NCBI GenBank assembly: GCA_000320545.1
Contig: ADNK01000344.1
Span: 1 to 64,000 of the forward strand
Reading direction: 5' to 3'
From: Bigelowiella natans CCMP2755
Lineage: Eukaryota > Protista > Cercozoa
DNA: 64,000 nucleotides
This document shows, piece after piece, positions 26,572 to 40,868 of the stretch. Numbering within the stretch: the first letter of the stretch is position 1; every line of letters starts with the position of its first letter. The notes beneath the pieces are model-generated. The model saw only the letters and a list, made by a program, of their open reading frames with translations, did not search any database and was not told the DNA's origin. The position numbers and the translations under genes were made by a program.

Positions 26572-27928
26572 CATTCTAGCATTGTCTTGTTGTCCCTAGG
26601 AACTACATCTGTGAGACGGATGTAATTAATCAATGAAATTTGTTCAATGGTCATCCCCATGTAGCACATCTGTCTGCTAGCTGCTCCATTGTTTATTGAA
26701 CTCGATTTGAAATGGTGGCCCCATGCAACGCTGACCCTGATGAAGCTCATGTAACATCAAGACCATGCTAGCATGTGTCTGTTTACATGGAATAATTGGA
26801 GTAGAATATATAAGAACATCCATTCATATCGTCTCGCAACGGCTTCATGCTTGACCTATGTGCAGGCATGAAAGCTACGCACACAACATCAGCTATACTA
26901 GTATAGCTATTTGTGAACAAGCCAAAAATTGTAGTTAAAATAGCCGCCATTATATTTTGCGTCCATGCTGTCCACAATTTGCATGTAAACGGCAATGATC
27001 ATGCAATGTAATATGCTACACAAAGACGCTTAGGTGCAGGGATTGCTTAGAATTGCACGTGAAAATTCTCAAAAAGAATATTTAGGTGCATGTATAAATT
27101 TGTCAGTCCGCATCACTGTTTTTGTATCGAGTGTAGACGCTCTGCAAGATTTGGAAGATAGGACGATAAATTGTGTTTACTCTATGCTCCTCTTTCGTGG
27201 CCTTTATGCATATAATGCTCAAGCTGGTATACATCTGGCAATCTCAAGCTAGATGCGTGCAATATCGGAAGGGACATAATCTCCTCACACAAGTACAGGA
27301 TTCTAGCATCAATCAATAGCTAGTTGCGGTGTGTATGTCCATATCAATTGAAAATGAGCGTACTATAGCTTTGCGAACTACACGATGCCTTTGAAATCCG
27401 TTACTGATAATGATGAAGATCTAGTGAGAAGAAGAGGAAATGATGATGATGATGATGATGAAGATCTAGTGAGAAGAAGAGGAAATGATGATAATGAGGA
27501 CGAACGACTCAAAGCAGAAAGAAAGAAAAAGTTTTACTACGAAAAATAAATCAGCATGATAAAAATAAATTATTACTGAAGATGGATTCTAAATCTACTA
27601 CACACATGACGACGACGACAACGACTATATCCGTATGATCCACTCTGATGATCGTTCACAAATTTTGTCGCAACAAACAAAAGAGCTTTCATCATTCCTA
27701 CTACCTGTGCTTTTCATGAAAACTACTATTTTATTCTTCCTTTTGTCATAATACGGGAATACAACAACAACAACAACTACTACTACTACTACCACAACTG
27801 CTACTAGCTACGTACCACTATTGTTTTCTTCTTCTCCTCCTCCTCCTCCTCCTCCTCCTTCTCTTTTATAATAGTCGTCGTTACGATTGTTGTGAGTATT
27901 ATTATTAATAGTAGTAGTTGTAGTAGCT

Positions 27929-28961
27929 TTTACAAACGGGTCCTCTTTCTGGGGTACTAATTGAAACTCTTTCTCATTGAACCTGGAATAGTTTTAACAC
28001 GGGGTGATAGAGAAGAAGGAAAGAGAGAAGAAGAAGAAGAAGAAGGAGGAGGAGGAAGAGGAGGAGGAGGAGGAAGCGAAGAATAGCTGATTATTCAGTC
28101 TGGTGAAATGTATCCATTTGCAAGAATTGGAGAAGGAAGTATTTTGTATTCACTCTACTCCTTTATATGAATAGCCCCTACCAACAGCTTCCTGTTCCAA
28201 CTATCAATTTCTATATTGTAGTAGTAGTAGTAGTCGTAGTAGTAGTGTATTTAAACTTTGATGTCCAACATTTCAAGTGATAAATATGATCCTCAAGGAG
28301 CATACATCTCAGAAGTAACTATAATTTTCTTCCATTTATTAATTCCCAATGCTTCTTAATGACTTCCTTCTCTTCCTGCTTCTTCTGATTTTTCTTTATC
28401 TTCTTTTTTTACTAAGTACTATTGTTACCATGTTTCCATTTGAATCCGAAGACTAGCTATCCGATGTTGTGCCTGATCGTTGTTGATCAACCATGTTGTT
28501 TGCATTATTAGGCTCATGTTGTGATGCTACTGCTGTTGCTTCTGCCACATAATATACCCTCCTACTGTTTTTTCAGGTCCTACTAACAATTCTTCATTTT
28601 CTTCTACTCCTCCTCCTCCTTGTTCTTCTTCTTCTTCCTCATTTCCTCTAAAGTTATGGAGGAGGTATCTCTGCTCTCACAATGTTACTGAGCTAGCTGT
28701 ATTATTGGGTTATCCCCCACCCTCATTATATCGTCTGCACGCTACTCGGTATCATATCTCCTATTTAGTCGTTCGTTCTTCTTCCCCCTACTATTATTCC
28801 TCCTATTATTCTCCCTCTTCTCATCCTCTTCCAATCTCTTTAGTTTGCTGCAAGTTCACACATCCTCTTCCAATCTCTTTAGTTTGCTGCAAGTTCACAC
28901 CGTCTTAGGATCCAGAGATATGCTTGCCGGCCATTCTGCTGCAAACTTGTCCACTGTGAGA

Positions 28962-28993
<32 letters not shown>

Positions 28994-29407
28994 CAATATG
29001 TCACTACTTCTTGAGTCCTCATTGGGTTCCCGCCCACTCCCCCCCCCTCCCGTTTTCAATATTACTATTGATAGGTCGTAATTAGAGTCATTGGAGGAAG
29101 AAGCTTCTAAAAACATTTAACTACGACGACTTCTATCATATTAGTCTCTATAAGAATATATGTTTTCATTACAAGCGAAGCAGTAAATTTTAGAATCAAT
29201 TTATGTACTTTTTTGTAGTCTTACCAATATTCAGTACAGCTTTCTTTTCTGTTTTTATACCTGCAAGTGGTGGTGGTGATGATGATGATGATGATAATGA
29301 TATTTGCATGAAAGTCCAAACCGTACTACTTAAACCACTTATTCGATCACATCTAGGAATTAAAGATGACGTATATATGTATATTAATATTGCAACGACT
29401 GCTATTG

Positions 29408-29440
<33 letters not shown>

Positions 29441-29515
29441 TCTAGCGACTCGTACTCCAGATCAAATCTGCCCTGTAAAAGAACAACAATGCATTACTTT
29501 TATGTGCTGCATTAA

Positions 29516-29556
<41 letters not shown>

Positions 29557-29722
29557 GCAACATCGTCGTCGCAAAGCGATATTATAGAGCATGTTGTATT
29601 TGTTACTTGTAACTCATCTGTCAGCATCTGTATTCGTTCGTCCCTTTCTTTGATGTCATGATCATACCTTATCATTTGTGGAGAACGACAATGGTTTTCA
29701 GACACAGATGCTCTATATTATA

Positions 29723-29759
<37 letters not shown>

Positions 29760-29866
29760 TAAACATACACAGTATTTAACATCAATGTATATCATGAATA
29801 AAATGATAAAACTGCGATCACTTTACTCATTTAGGTGGAGAGATTGATTCAGAGCAACTCCTTCTC

Positions 29867-29911
<45 letters not shown>

Positions 29912-30451
29912 CTTTCTCCTCCTTTACCTCAAGCGTTCTCCCCATAATCGTGTAGAAGTCGTCAAAGCAGTTGCGCCGAGAAAAAGGCCACCTATTCGCG
30001 CTCGATTCCTCTTCAAGAAACTTGAGAGACGATGGAAAAACGAGCCACTTTGCTGATCTTCATCTTCGAATTTGTTCTCATGGTAATTCTCACCTCTGCT
30101 GTGACCAGAAGGATCATCAAAATTCTTGTCGGTAAATCCATTGTCGCTCATATTACCGCCTCTTCCTGCACCTCCTCCTTCTTCTTCTCCACCACCACCA
30201 CCTTTGTGAAGCTGTTCAAAACCCACAGTAGCGTTTTTCTCTGGCAGTTGATGGACACCAGCTGCTGTTGGTGTTGTTTCTGATGATGAGGGATAATCAT
30301 TCTGTTGACTGCTGCCGCTGTTGCCTCTAGTTTTTGTCTTCTTGCTGTTTCGTTTGTACTGGATACTCTTCACACCAAATGCTCTGCTGTGACTTACACC
30401 TGTTCTTCTTCCTATCACACACAGGACGAGTCTACGGTAGGCAGCAGCCAT
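27929..30451 (-). CDS. Hypothetical protein, probably mitochondrion-targeted, single TM segment, multi-exon
   Basis: First exon ORF 29924-30451 has an Arg-rich, acid-free N-terminus (MAAAYRRLVLCVIGRRTGVSHSRAF) and a hydrophobic RIGGLFLGATALTT segment ending at a GT donor. Further AG/GT-flanked exons include YDHDIKERDERIQMLTDELQ. 3' end approximate. Confidence 0.55.
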
Positions 30452-30744
30452 TATTATTGCCGATTAATACATGCGACAACAATTGCACCGTTTTTAATGT
30501 TGGTCAATACAGGGGATTTCTCTTGCGCGTCAACGAAATGATGCTCGGCACCTCACACCTAGGTGGATTTCGTTCCCGGCAGTGCGTGACGATTCATCGT
30601 GGACCGAGCTAGCGAGGGATCGGAGAAGAAGATCCCCTAGTCCTAGAAGGAGACCTCTTAGTCCCAAAAGGAGATCTCCAAGCTCCTCGATGACCAGAAT
30701 GCCGTTCTTGATTCCTTCTGGTTTCACTAGTTAGACCTCACTGA

Positions 30745-30875
30745 ATTTGGTTCACATCGAGACACTTCGTTTTGCAAGTGTCTTGTCACACTTTGGAAAT
30801 GCAGTTTTTCATCATTGTTCATTGTTCGCACACTGCAAGTGTCTTGCAACATTTGAAAATGTAGTTTATCATCAT
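30745..30875. repeat. Dispersed repeat motif TTGCAAGTGTCTTG(T/C)CACACTTTGG..., two local copies, shared with the LTR insertion site
   Basis: Copies at about 30772 and 30834, with homologous sequence at 57541-57582 and partially at about 57887. Confidence 0.75.
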
Positions 30876-31972
30876 GATTCATTGTTCATTGTTCGTTGTG
30901 AAACGAACACTTGCATTTTCTTTGCTCACTCTTGGTGGAGGACGTGGATGACTCAGCACGTCTGATGATCCCTTCGAATCAAGCATTGGAACCACTTCGT
31001 TCAATCATTCATTTGTTCATTCATCAAATGGATCGGAATCACCAATGCGCTTTGCACTTGTTCCTTTCAAGAACACTTTGGAAACGTGGTCGATCATTGA
31101 GTTTCTTCCTTTCTCTAGTTCTTTCTTTCTTCACGCCCCTCAATTTTTCATGGCCTTTTTGATTGATTGAGGAAGGTGTGGAAGGTGTGGCAAATCCAAT
31201 GATCCTTTCAGCTGCACAATTGGAATGGCTTCATTCACTTGTTCATTCATTCAATGTCATGCAAATTTGAAACGACCGATCGAGGTGCGAACTTTTGGCG
31301 ATGCCATGCAAACACAATGCAAGGTCGCCAAGAATCCCTCCAAAGGTTTTGCTGCTGAAGACGCGACTGTGATGCAAACACTTGCTTCCCAAAAGTTGTG
31401 CCATCATCAAGCACTGGAGCAGACTTCGCTTGCGTGTGCGTGCGCGACAGTGCCAGCTAGTTTGTTTGCACATCACACACGTGGCTGCGTGGCTGCCACA
31501 CAACGCGCGAGGCAGGTGCAACATGGTTGACATGATGCATCGTGTGATGGACATGAGCATGATGACATTTTGGAACTCTGGCAATTGCTAGTTGCTGGAT
31601 CGAACGAACGACCAACAGCTACAGCTAGACAGCGAGGCTCAAAGGACAGCGCGATCAACGTGAACGCATGATGAGCGAACACGCTAGCGCTACATGCTGA
31701 TGTGCAATGTTGTCCATGGAATGTGCTGCCAATGTCTAGTTGTATTGCCTCAAGAAACGAAGCTCGCCATCAACGCAACTCTCACCAAGTTTTCACACCG
31801 CAGCACAGAACGTTGTCTGCTACGCTAATGAATGTGACACGTGACATGCAATGCGGAACATTCGTACATGCACATCAGATGGGATGAAATTGAGCTACGG
31901 CATGTTGACAGCACAATCAACAAGTCGTTCATTAATTGCTGTGTTGAAAGTGTGACTAACTTGAATTCAAAT

Positions 31973-32190
31973 TTATAGAACGATGTCTCTCGTATTCTTA
32001 GTTAATCTCTCACTTCGATAGTATTCTTTGCAATAGGCTTAGAATTCGTTAAATAACCTGTCTTTATTTTTCTCTTTAAAAGCAGAACCTCTTGTTTTCA
32101 TGGGGAGAGACTTTGACTTTGGTATGCAAAAGGATGGTATTTGTATGTGGAAACTACTTGTGCCGCACGTATGCGTGTGCAGATGTGTTT

Positions 32191-32224
<34 letters not shown>

Positions 32225-32503
32225 CTACTGCCTTAATGATTGTATGGTCACATTTATGATGCACTATTTTCGTAACACAGAAATGCCAAAATAATTGTAA
32301 GATTTACAATAGTATTATTACCTTTGTTAATCCCGGGGTCTTAAGACTACTCCTGGTGACGAACAATGACAACACATCTTTAGGCATAGCATATACCAAA
32401 TATATAGTTATATAATATAGCCGCTGCATAGCACAGCTACATTAGGATGACCGTTGCAAATTTAATCAATTCATTACATCCGTCTCATAATATACAATTA
32501 TGT

Positions 32504-32560
<57 letters not shown>

Positions 32561-32745
32561 CTATGTATGTGTGTGTGTGTGTGTGTGTGTGGTAATCCAT
32601 GGTGTATGTATTTCAATATTTGTAATATTGAAACAATTCCATGTTTTAAACAAACAAATTTATACCTCTTCATTATTTGAGGCAAATTGAAAGAATCCAG
32701 TTCTTTTTCCTTATCTATATCAAAAGATTAAGAAACAGTTAGTAC

Positions 32746-32792
<47 letters not shown>

Positions 32793-33123
32793 ATGCGGCC
32801 ATCAATACGTGTGGTAGTAGTAAACATTACGTAGTATGTGTTCTGGTGCACACCACATAATATCCTGCTTATTTATTCTGCATCCATTTATTATTATTAT
32901 TCTACTGCTGCTGCTTTAATCTGTGTTGTGATGCTGCGTATAATGTCACTGACTCGTAAGCTCATCACTTATTTTCTTGCGTAGCTTGGGAGTTGGAATC
33001 TTTTTATTAAAACATCGTAACCATGATATCCCTCGTTATTAATAATTCTTGTTTTCACTCTAGTTTCTAAACTAAGAACATATTTGAATACGTTTCGTCA
33101 ATCTAAAATTGTCATTGCCATTT

Positions 33124-33154
<31 letters not shown>

Positions 33155-33469
33155 AATACTAATGTTAGTTATCGAACTGCTCATCCCTCACTCAACAATA
33201 GCATTATCATCATCACCATTATCATCATCATCACATTATCACTGTCCTATTTCTTATTATTATGTAGTATTGTATTTCTACAATTCAAAAGCAGCAGCAG
33301 TATCTTTATGTAGTAGAGAGGAAGAAGAAGAAAAGCCTTGATTCGTGACGGTACGTTCGTATGGCACATATTATATTCCTACTAGATTTTAAAGACGACC
33401 ATATCCAATTTATCTCGCAGCTCTTCAGTCTTTTTATAGTAGTAATTTCAAGTTCAAAAGCTCATTTAG

Positions 33470-33502
<33 letters not shown>

Positions 33503-35020
33503 CTAATGCTTATTGTTACAAATTGATGTCAATGTGATATCTGCACAACAATATTCGTTTTTCATACTGAAGACAAAAATTGCTGATGATTAATAATTGC
33601 TGTTGTACCCCCATCCATTCACCCATCCATCCATCCATCACTACCATCATGTTACTACTACTACTACTACTACTACTACTATCACAAGAAAAGATGTATG
33701 GTACAACTGCTATGATTACCCTCCTTTCAAGATCAACAAGCTTCCTAAATGCTCCGTCGGCAACAGTTATGTTCTATCATCATATTTTATATCATTGTAT
33801 TCATCATGATGATGATCATCGTCATATATAGTATACAACAAGCACATACGACCAACAACGAAACCATCATCGTCATATAGTATACAAGCACATACGACCA
33901 ACAAAAAACCAAACTCACCACCATCACATTTGAGAAAGAATATCTATTCTGAAGACTACACATTAATTTATTATTTTTGCCATTGCTATTATCGAAAGTT
34001 GTAAACTACAATTTGTACACATCAACCCACCCTGAAAAATTCTTTATAGCTGATGATGCCTTTTTGGTCGGCTAAGCTTCCCGCTACAGAGTCCATTTCT
34101 TTGGTTGTTAATGCAATATCTGGGTATACCTGATTTTAGAAGATAGTAACAGCTCGTTCCTTTGAGATTGATTACTATGAAACGTACTACTACTTACTAC
34201 TACTACTACTACTACTTACTACTACTACTACTACTACTCCTACTACTACAATCCTCTCTCATATCGTGATGAAGTAGTAGTAGTAGTAGTAATAATACCT
34301 TGGCAAACGACATAAGTCCTAAATGGAACTCTTCAGTTGAAAGCTTTCCATCACCATCGTAGTCGAAATATCTTTACAATGATTGATCATGATGATGATG
34401 ATAATGGCGACTCATGGTGAAAATTACAATTGACGTCGTTGTTATGTATGTATGCAGGCAGAAGAAGGAAAAGACGATGAAAAGAAATTAAAAAAACATA
34501 ACACATATATGGTATATTTGTAAATATAATATTGAATCGAAGATTGAGAACAACTGTAACATGGAGTTGGGTACTCAAAACAACTCCGATACGCAACTTA
34601 TATTATAATAAATTATATTATTTTTATCAAACGAGCATTATCTGTCGCAAATAGACAATTGCGCAACAATGGTTATTGATGCTGTACGAGTGCTGCAGCG
34701 TGTTGTGATTGTAGCGTGGTGTAGTGCATGGTGGAACAACATAATGCCAATTGATCGGTACTACGACTACTACTACTACTACCCAGCAGACAGACACACA
34801 TCTAGAAGATATATCATGTAGACATGCAGCACCTTAGTACTACCTAAATAGAGATTCAATATTCCTCACCCCGCTCCTATCTGCAGCCTATAATATAGAA
34901 GAGAGAGGACCCAAAAAAATAAAGAAGAAGACTGCTCAAGAATCTGTACATATTACTACTCTTGTGCAATCGATAAGAAGACTCAAGAATCTGTAAATAT
35001 TACTACTCTTGTGCAATCGA

Positions 35021-35055
<35 letters not shown>

Positions 35056-35851
35056 ATACTAATACTACTGCGACGACGACGACGGCGACAAAAAGGACTA
35101 TAACTATGCTGCTGCTGCTGCTGCTGCTGCTATGAGTAGCTTGAAGGAAGAAGAAGAAGAAGAAGAACTACTACTACTACTAGTACTACTAGTCCTACCT
35201 CCAAGAGATTTCCTAACAAGTGATTCAGATGTTTATCCCCTTGTTGTTGCTTTTCTTTCTTATCATTATCTTCTTCGTTGTCTTCAGTAGTACTACTACT
35301 ACTAGTAGTAGCCCCCTGCTGCTGCTGCTTTTTCTTTTTTTTTCCCTCCTAAATAAGACATGTTCAATATGAATGGTGGAAAAGGAAGAATGATGCAGAT
35401 TACATCGAGATGAGTTACAAAAACATTATGATAACGAAGAAGGCATTCTATTCTTACAGACAAAGTAAGAAGGAGGAGAAAGAAACATAAGTATCGTATC
35501 ACCCACCCTTTGCATGTTACAAACGATAATACCACACTGATTGTTGTTTCATTGTTGTATAAATACTATATATGCATTACTATGTTATTATTGTATCATC
35601 TGCAGCCATCACATATACAATAAATTGATTGTGTTTGTAGCAGAGCATAACAGAGCATAATAATAAGACACATATTGGTTGTCGTATTCATCGTTCTTTA
35701 AGCAGCATACTACTAATAGTAGTCATACATACATCTAATCCTGAGATTTCTTCCTTGAGATGCCTATACAATGGTGTGAAACGAGACAAGAATTCCATAT
35801 AGTCCAAAGGTCCTCTGAAGCTCTGTATGTACACAGCCAGCGATCATGATC

Positions 35852-35885
<34 letters not shown>

Positions 35886-36663
35886 CGATGTGGATTAGCG
35901 ACAATTACAATGATTACTGTTGTTGTTAGTAGAGGTGTGACAATGGTAATTAATACTATCAATGTTGTTGTTAGTGGAGGTATGATAACAATAATCAATA
36001 CTATCAATAGCAGCAGGAGGGAACAAAAGCATAGATGCTTGTTTTAATATAATCACAGACAAACTGTTTCCTCCTCTTCCTTCTCCTCCTCCTCCTCCTC
36101 CCTTCTCTTCTTCTTCTTCTTCTTCTTCTCTTCATGTTTACCCTAATAACCCTTTATAACATCATAATACCTAGTGGCTGTTGTCACTACGACTCTCTCT
36201 CTCTTTTTCTCTATTTGTTCTTCTTCCTCTTCTAGTTGTTCATTATGATGTTAATAATATCTTCTAACCCCATCCACTCCATACGCAGGAACACCTAGCA
36301 TTTCTGATGAGATAACCACATCACCACCATCAGTTTGAGTATTATTATTATTATTATTATTATTATTTATTGCGTAGTATTATTTAGTAGGAGTAGGAGT
36401 AGTAGTATCATCGAAATAATAATAATAATAATATTAATATACGAAGAGGAGGAGGAAGAAGAGAGATAGAAGGAGGAGGAGGAGGAGGAGGAAACACACA
36501 CACAACAAGCAAGCAATGAACCATCACCATCACCATCACCATCACCATCACCATCACCGTCACCTTGGAAAGATAGCCACGGGATGTTAACACCAATAGC
36601 CTTATTCAACCCTGCAAAGATAGTCACGGGATGTTAACACCAATAGCCTTATTCAACCCTGCT

Positions 36664-36702
<39 letters not shown>

Positions 36703-36819
36703 TGTACATGCATGCATACAACAAGCATACAGCGATCAGTTTACTACTACTACCTGCTTTCCATTGTGTGCGGGTTACGTAGCCTTTTCCTAACTAAACA
36801 AAGATCATGATCATGATGG

Positions 36820-36851
<32 letters not shown>

Positions 36852-37679
36852 ATAATCATGGATGGATGTGTAAAGGAGGGGAAAGACTTCTTCGGTTGAT
36901 TAAGTGGGTAGTAGCACTAATAGTTCTCACAACTGTCACTTATATGCTACTACTACTACTACTAATAATACTAATACTCTATTTCTACAATTACAAGTAA
37001 CACCGAACATTTTTATGCACACACTCTGAAAAGTAGTACGTACGTAATAACTACCCCTCCTCCTCCATTATTCTTTGAAGAAGACACTTCGTCGAAATGA
37101 TGAATCAACTTCAATCGCCTGATATCATTACAAACAAAATTACTAGTCCTTTAAAATGCTCATATAATAATGACATATTAAGAACATTCCTCTTCTTCTG
37201 CTCCTCCTCCTCCTCCTCATCATCATCATCAATATCATCGTATACTACTACTCTTGTCGTCAAACATTGACACATCATCATCGTTATTATTATTGTTGTT
37301 ATTTTACCATCTTGTTCATCATCCATCATTATCATCCATTATCATCATCATCTTCTTCATCATTCTCATCAACACACCTACTACTAGCAGCTACAACTAC
37401 CTACTACACAACTACTATCTATCAACTCTTTACAACAGACAGCAGCAATAGCTGTGGCAGTCAGCAAAAATTAGATATAATCACTCCTTACCTCTCCAAA
37501 TTTAGCACCACCCTGATATCCTAATAATAGTAATAATGGTAATAAATGAAAATCATAACAATAATTCATACTTGGTTGATACATACCACAACCACTACGA
37601 TGATCAGAAAAGAGAGGAAGAAGAACAAGAAGAAAAAAAGCAGCATAGCAGCAGCAGTAGCAGATACAAAAGCACTCAC

Positions 37680-37710
<31 letters not shown>

Positions 37711-38249
37711 AAGAAGAATGGAATGACATCCTAATTTAGATAGATAGATCACGTAATAGCTGCTAATTGATAAAAAAGCACCATAGTATGATGATGATGA
37801 TGATTTTGTATCTTGGTCAGGTAGAAATTTCTTCTTCGTTTCCTTCTCGCTGCTGCTGCCTTTGCTCGAAATTAACATCACAGACCCTTAAAAGAAGAAA
37901 AAGAAGAAAAACCATTCAATGAATCAACACAACAGAAAATATTTCATATGTATAGACGAGGAGGAGGAGGAGGACAGTGATCAATTGATATGAGGTGACC
38001 ATACTGCAGAGATAATGGAGAAAGAAGACAAAAGTTGGTACGTATCAGGTGGTGGTGGTGAAAGTATTTGTAGTAGTAGTAGCAGTAGTAGTAGCAGTAG
38101 TAGTAACAGTAGTTTCAGAGAAAAACAAAGACAAAAAGCAATGCTTACTTTAATCTACTTGTCCTATTATTCATCAATTCAGCATCATCATCATCATGTA
38201 GTAGTACCACTACTAGTAGTATTTTTATCCATACAACATTTATAATATA

Positions 38250-38281
<32 letters not shown>

Positions 38282-38487
38282 TTAGTACCGAGATTATCAT
38301 CTTTTCCTCTATATCGTGAAGCTGAGAATACTGTTACCAACTGTCGTATAATAATAATTAATAATGATGGCAAATTGTTACAGAATCATCAGAGAAAAGG
38401 AGGAGGAGGAGGAGGAGGAGGAGGAGAACGGAAAGATGAGGAAATCACAATCATGTTGAGTGCACTACTAACTACCACCACCATCAC

Positions 38488-38518
<31 letters not shown>

Positions 38519-39513
38519 TACCTTCTCGTCGAAGTACCACTCATAGCCAGCGTCTACACACTCATGGGACCGAACGACCAAAGATAACTTATTATCGGCC
38601 ATAAATCTAGAAGAAGAAGAAGAAGAAGAAGAAGAAGAAGAAGAATAGGATTCTATTAATTATATGTCTCTTCTTCTTCTTCTTCTTCTTCTTCTTCTTC
38701 TTCATCTTTCTCTCTTTTTCTCCTTCTCCCTCCTCCTTTAGTTGTTAATAAAGTATAAAGTATTTATGATACTGAGGAGTACTTGATCATCATATCCTAG
38801 TAGGTAGGTAGATAAGTAGATAGAGGTAAAGTATTTTAGTAAATATATACCAGTATAGTAGATTACCCACGTACTACTACTACTACTAGTACTACGACTA
38901 CTACTACCTGTCAACCACATCTTCTCCAAATACGCACCTTATAAGTAGTAGCAATTAAGTAAGTAAGTAAGAAATAGGAGGACGACAAAACAAAAACAAC
39001 AACGATAACAATAACGCTACACGTATCAATTATTATTAATAATAAATAGGAACGAATATTATAACGACGACGACAACGAGTGGTAAACAAAACAAAATAA
39101 TATAAAATCATTGGCATGCATGCATCGAAGAAATTCAATGTACTACTACTCTAACATAGCACCGCCCCGCTCAATCTCATTTTCCTTTTACTTGCACTAC
39201 TACTTACTTCATTAAGGCGTCGTTTGTTAGAGATAATAAGCGATTACTACTACTACTACTACTAGTTAGTAGTACTACTCAACATACTACTGCTACTTGC
39301 TGGGGCAATAGATAAATACTACCCTGCATCATTTCATACTACTGCTACTTGCTGGGGAAATAGATAAAAACTACCCTGCATCATTTATAGATAAATACTA
39401 CCCTGCATCATTTCGTACTGAATTTTTGCCCCTCCCTAAACACCACATAACATTATCAGTAGTAGGTAGATAATAGCAATGATGATGGTGATGATATCAT
39501 GTGCTAGAGTTGA

Positions 39514-39547
<34 letters not shown>

Positions 39548-40483
39548 GTGATGACAGGGACATAATAATACCACGACGAGGACTTAATAATACTACCACT
39601 AAATTAAATTAAATCTGCTGCTAAAATAATATTTAGTAGGAGTGACATATTATAGAGTGGATTATCAAACTCACTTTCATTTCAAGAAGTAATGTTAGTA
39701 GATGTTAATCAGTATTATTCTTTGTTGTTCTCACCTCGAAATGGCAAGCCTGTGTCGTCATCTACATCCAAAGGATCCGACCTTTGCATAATCATCGTCA
39801 TTACTATTAGTAGGTAGTAGGTAGTACGTAATAGTAGTAATACCACAGAAGATCTTCCATGTTTGTTTCGTAAGGTGCGAACAGATGGTCTGGTAGTGGT
39901 AGTAGTAGTAAAGAAGATCATGTATGAACAGATGGTCTGGTAGTGGTAGTGGTAGTATAGAAGATCATGTATGAACAGATGGTCTGGTAGTGGTAGTGGT
40001 AGTAGTAGTATAGTAGATCATGTATGAACAGATGGTCTGGTAGTGGTAGTAGTAGTATAGTAGATCACGTATGAACAGATGGTCTGGTAGTGGTAGTGGT
40101 AGTATAGAAGATCATGTATGTACTACTACAATATATTATTAGTAGTAATACTAGTAGTACTGTCACTACTGCATATAATTTCTGAAGGAGGAGGAGGAGG
40201 AGGAGGAGGAAGGATGTCGCTGCTAGATTAAAGAGACTATATTATGATGATAATGATGATGATAATTACGTCGGTCTATATCCAGGATGTCTTTCATGGT
40301 GATCTAAAATATTGTTGTTTAATCTTATCACCACTGTCATCATCATCATCCTCAACAACAATAAAGAAGTCCATGATACTAATATACTACATTGAATAAC
40401 ATTCTTGTTTGTTTTTCCTTTATTATTGTTCGGTACAGTTTTTGAATGAATTAGGAGGTGTGAGAAGTAATGCGTAGTAGTAG

Positions 40484-40519
<36 letters not shown>

Positions 40520-40837
40520 CAGTATATATGTTAATAGTTGCAGCAGCGTTGTTTCTCATAATGTCGTCGTCTTCATCATTATCATTCTTCTCCTTCTTCT
40601 TCTTCTTCCATATGTTCATTCATTCATTCATTCATAGGTGCATGCATGCATTCTTTCATCCTTTCATTCATTCATAGGTGCATGCATTTATTCTTTCATT
40701 CATTCATTGATAGGTGCATGCATTCTTTCATATAAGATATGCATTCGTTGTGCTGCTGCTACTGCTACATGTGTACGTACTAACAACATATTTATGATGT
40801 TTGGATGTTGGCTGCTATATTGAATTTAATGTGTCGA

Positions 40838-40868
<31 letters not shown>

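Noticed and set aside
30530-31930. Classical RIP or 5mCpG deamination as the cause of TG/CA excess
   Set aside because: RIP increases TA, and CpG decay depletes CG. Here TA is lost while CG remains common. A minor CpG contribution is not excluded.
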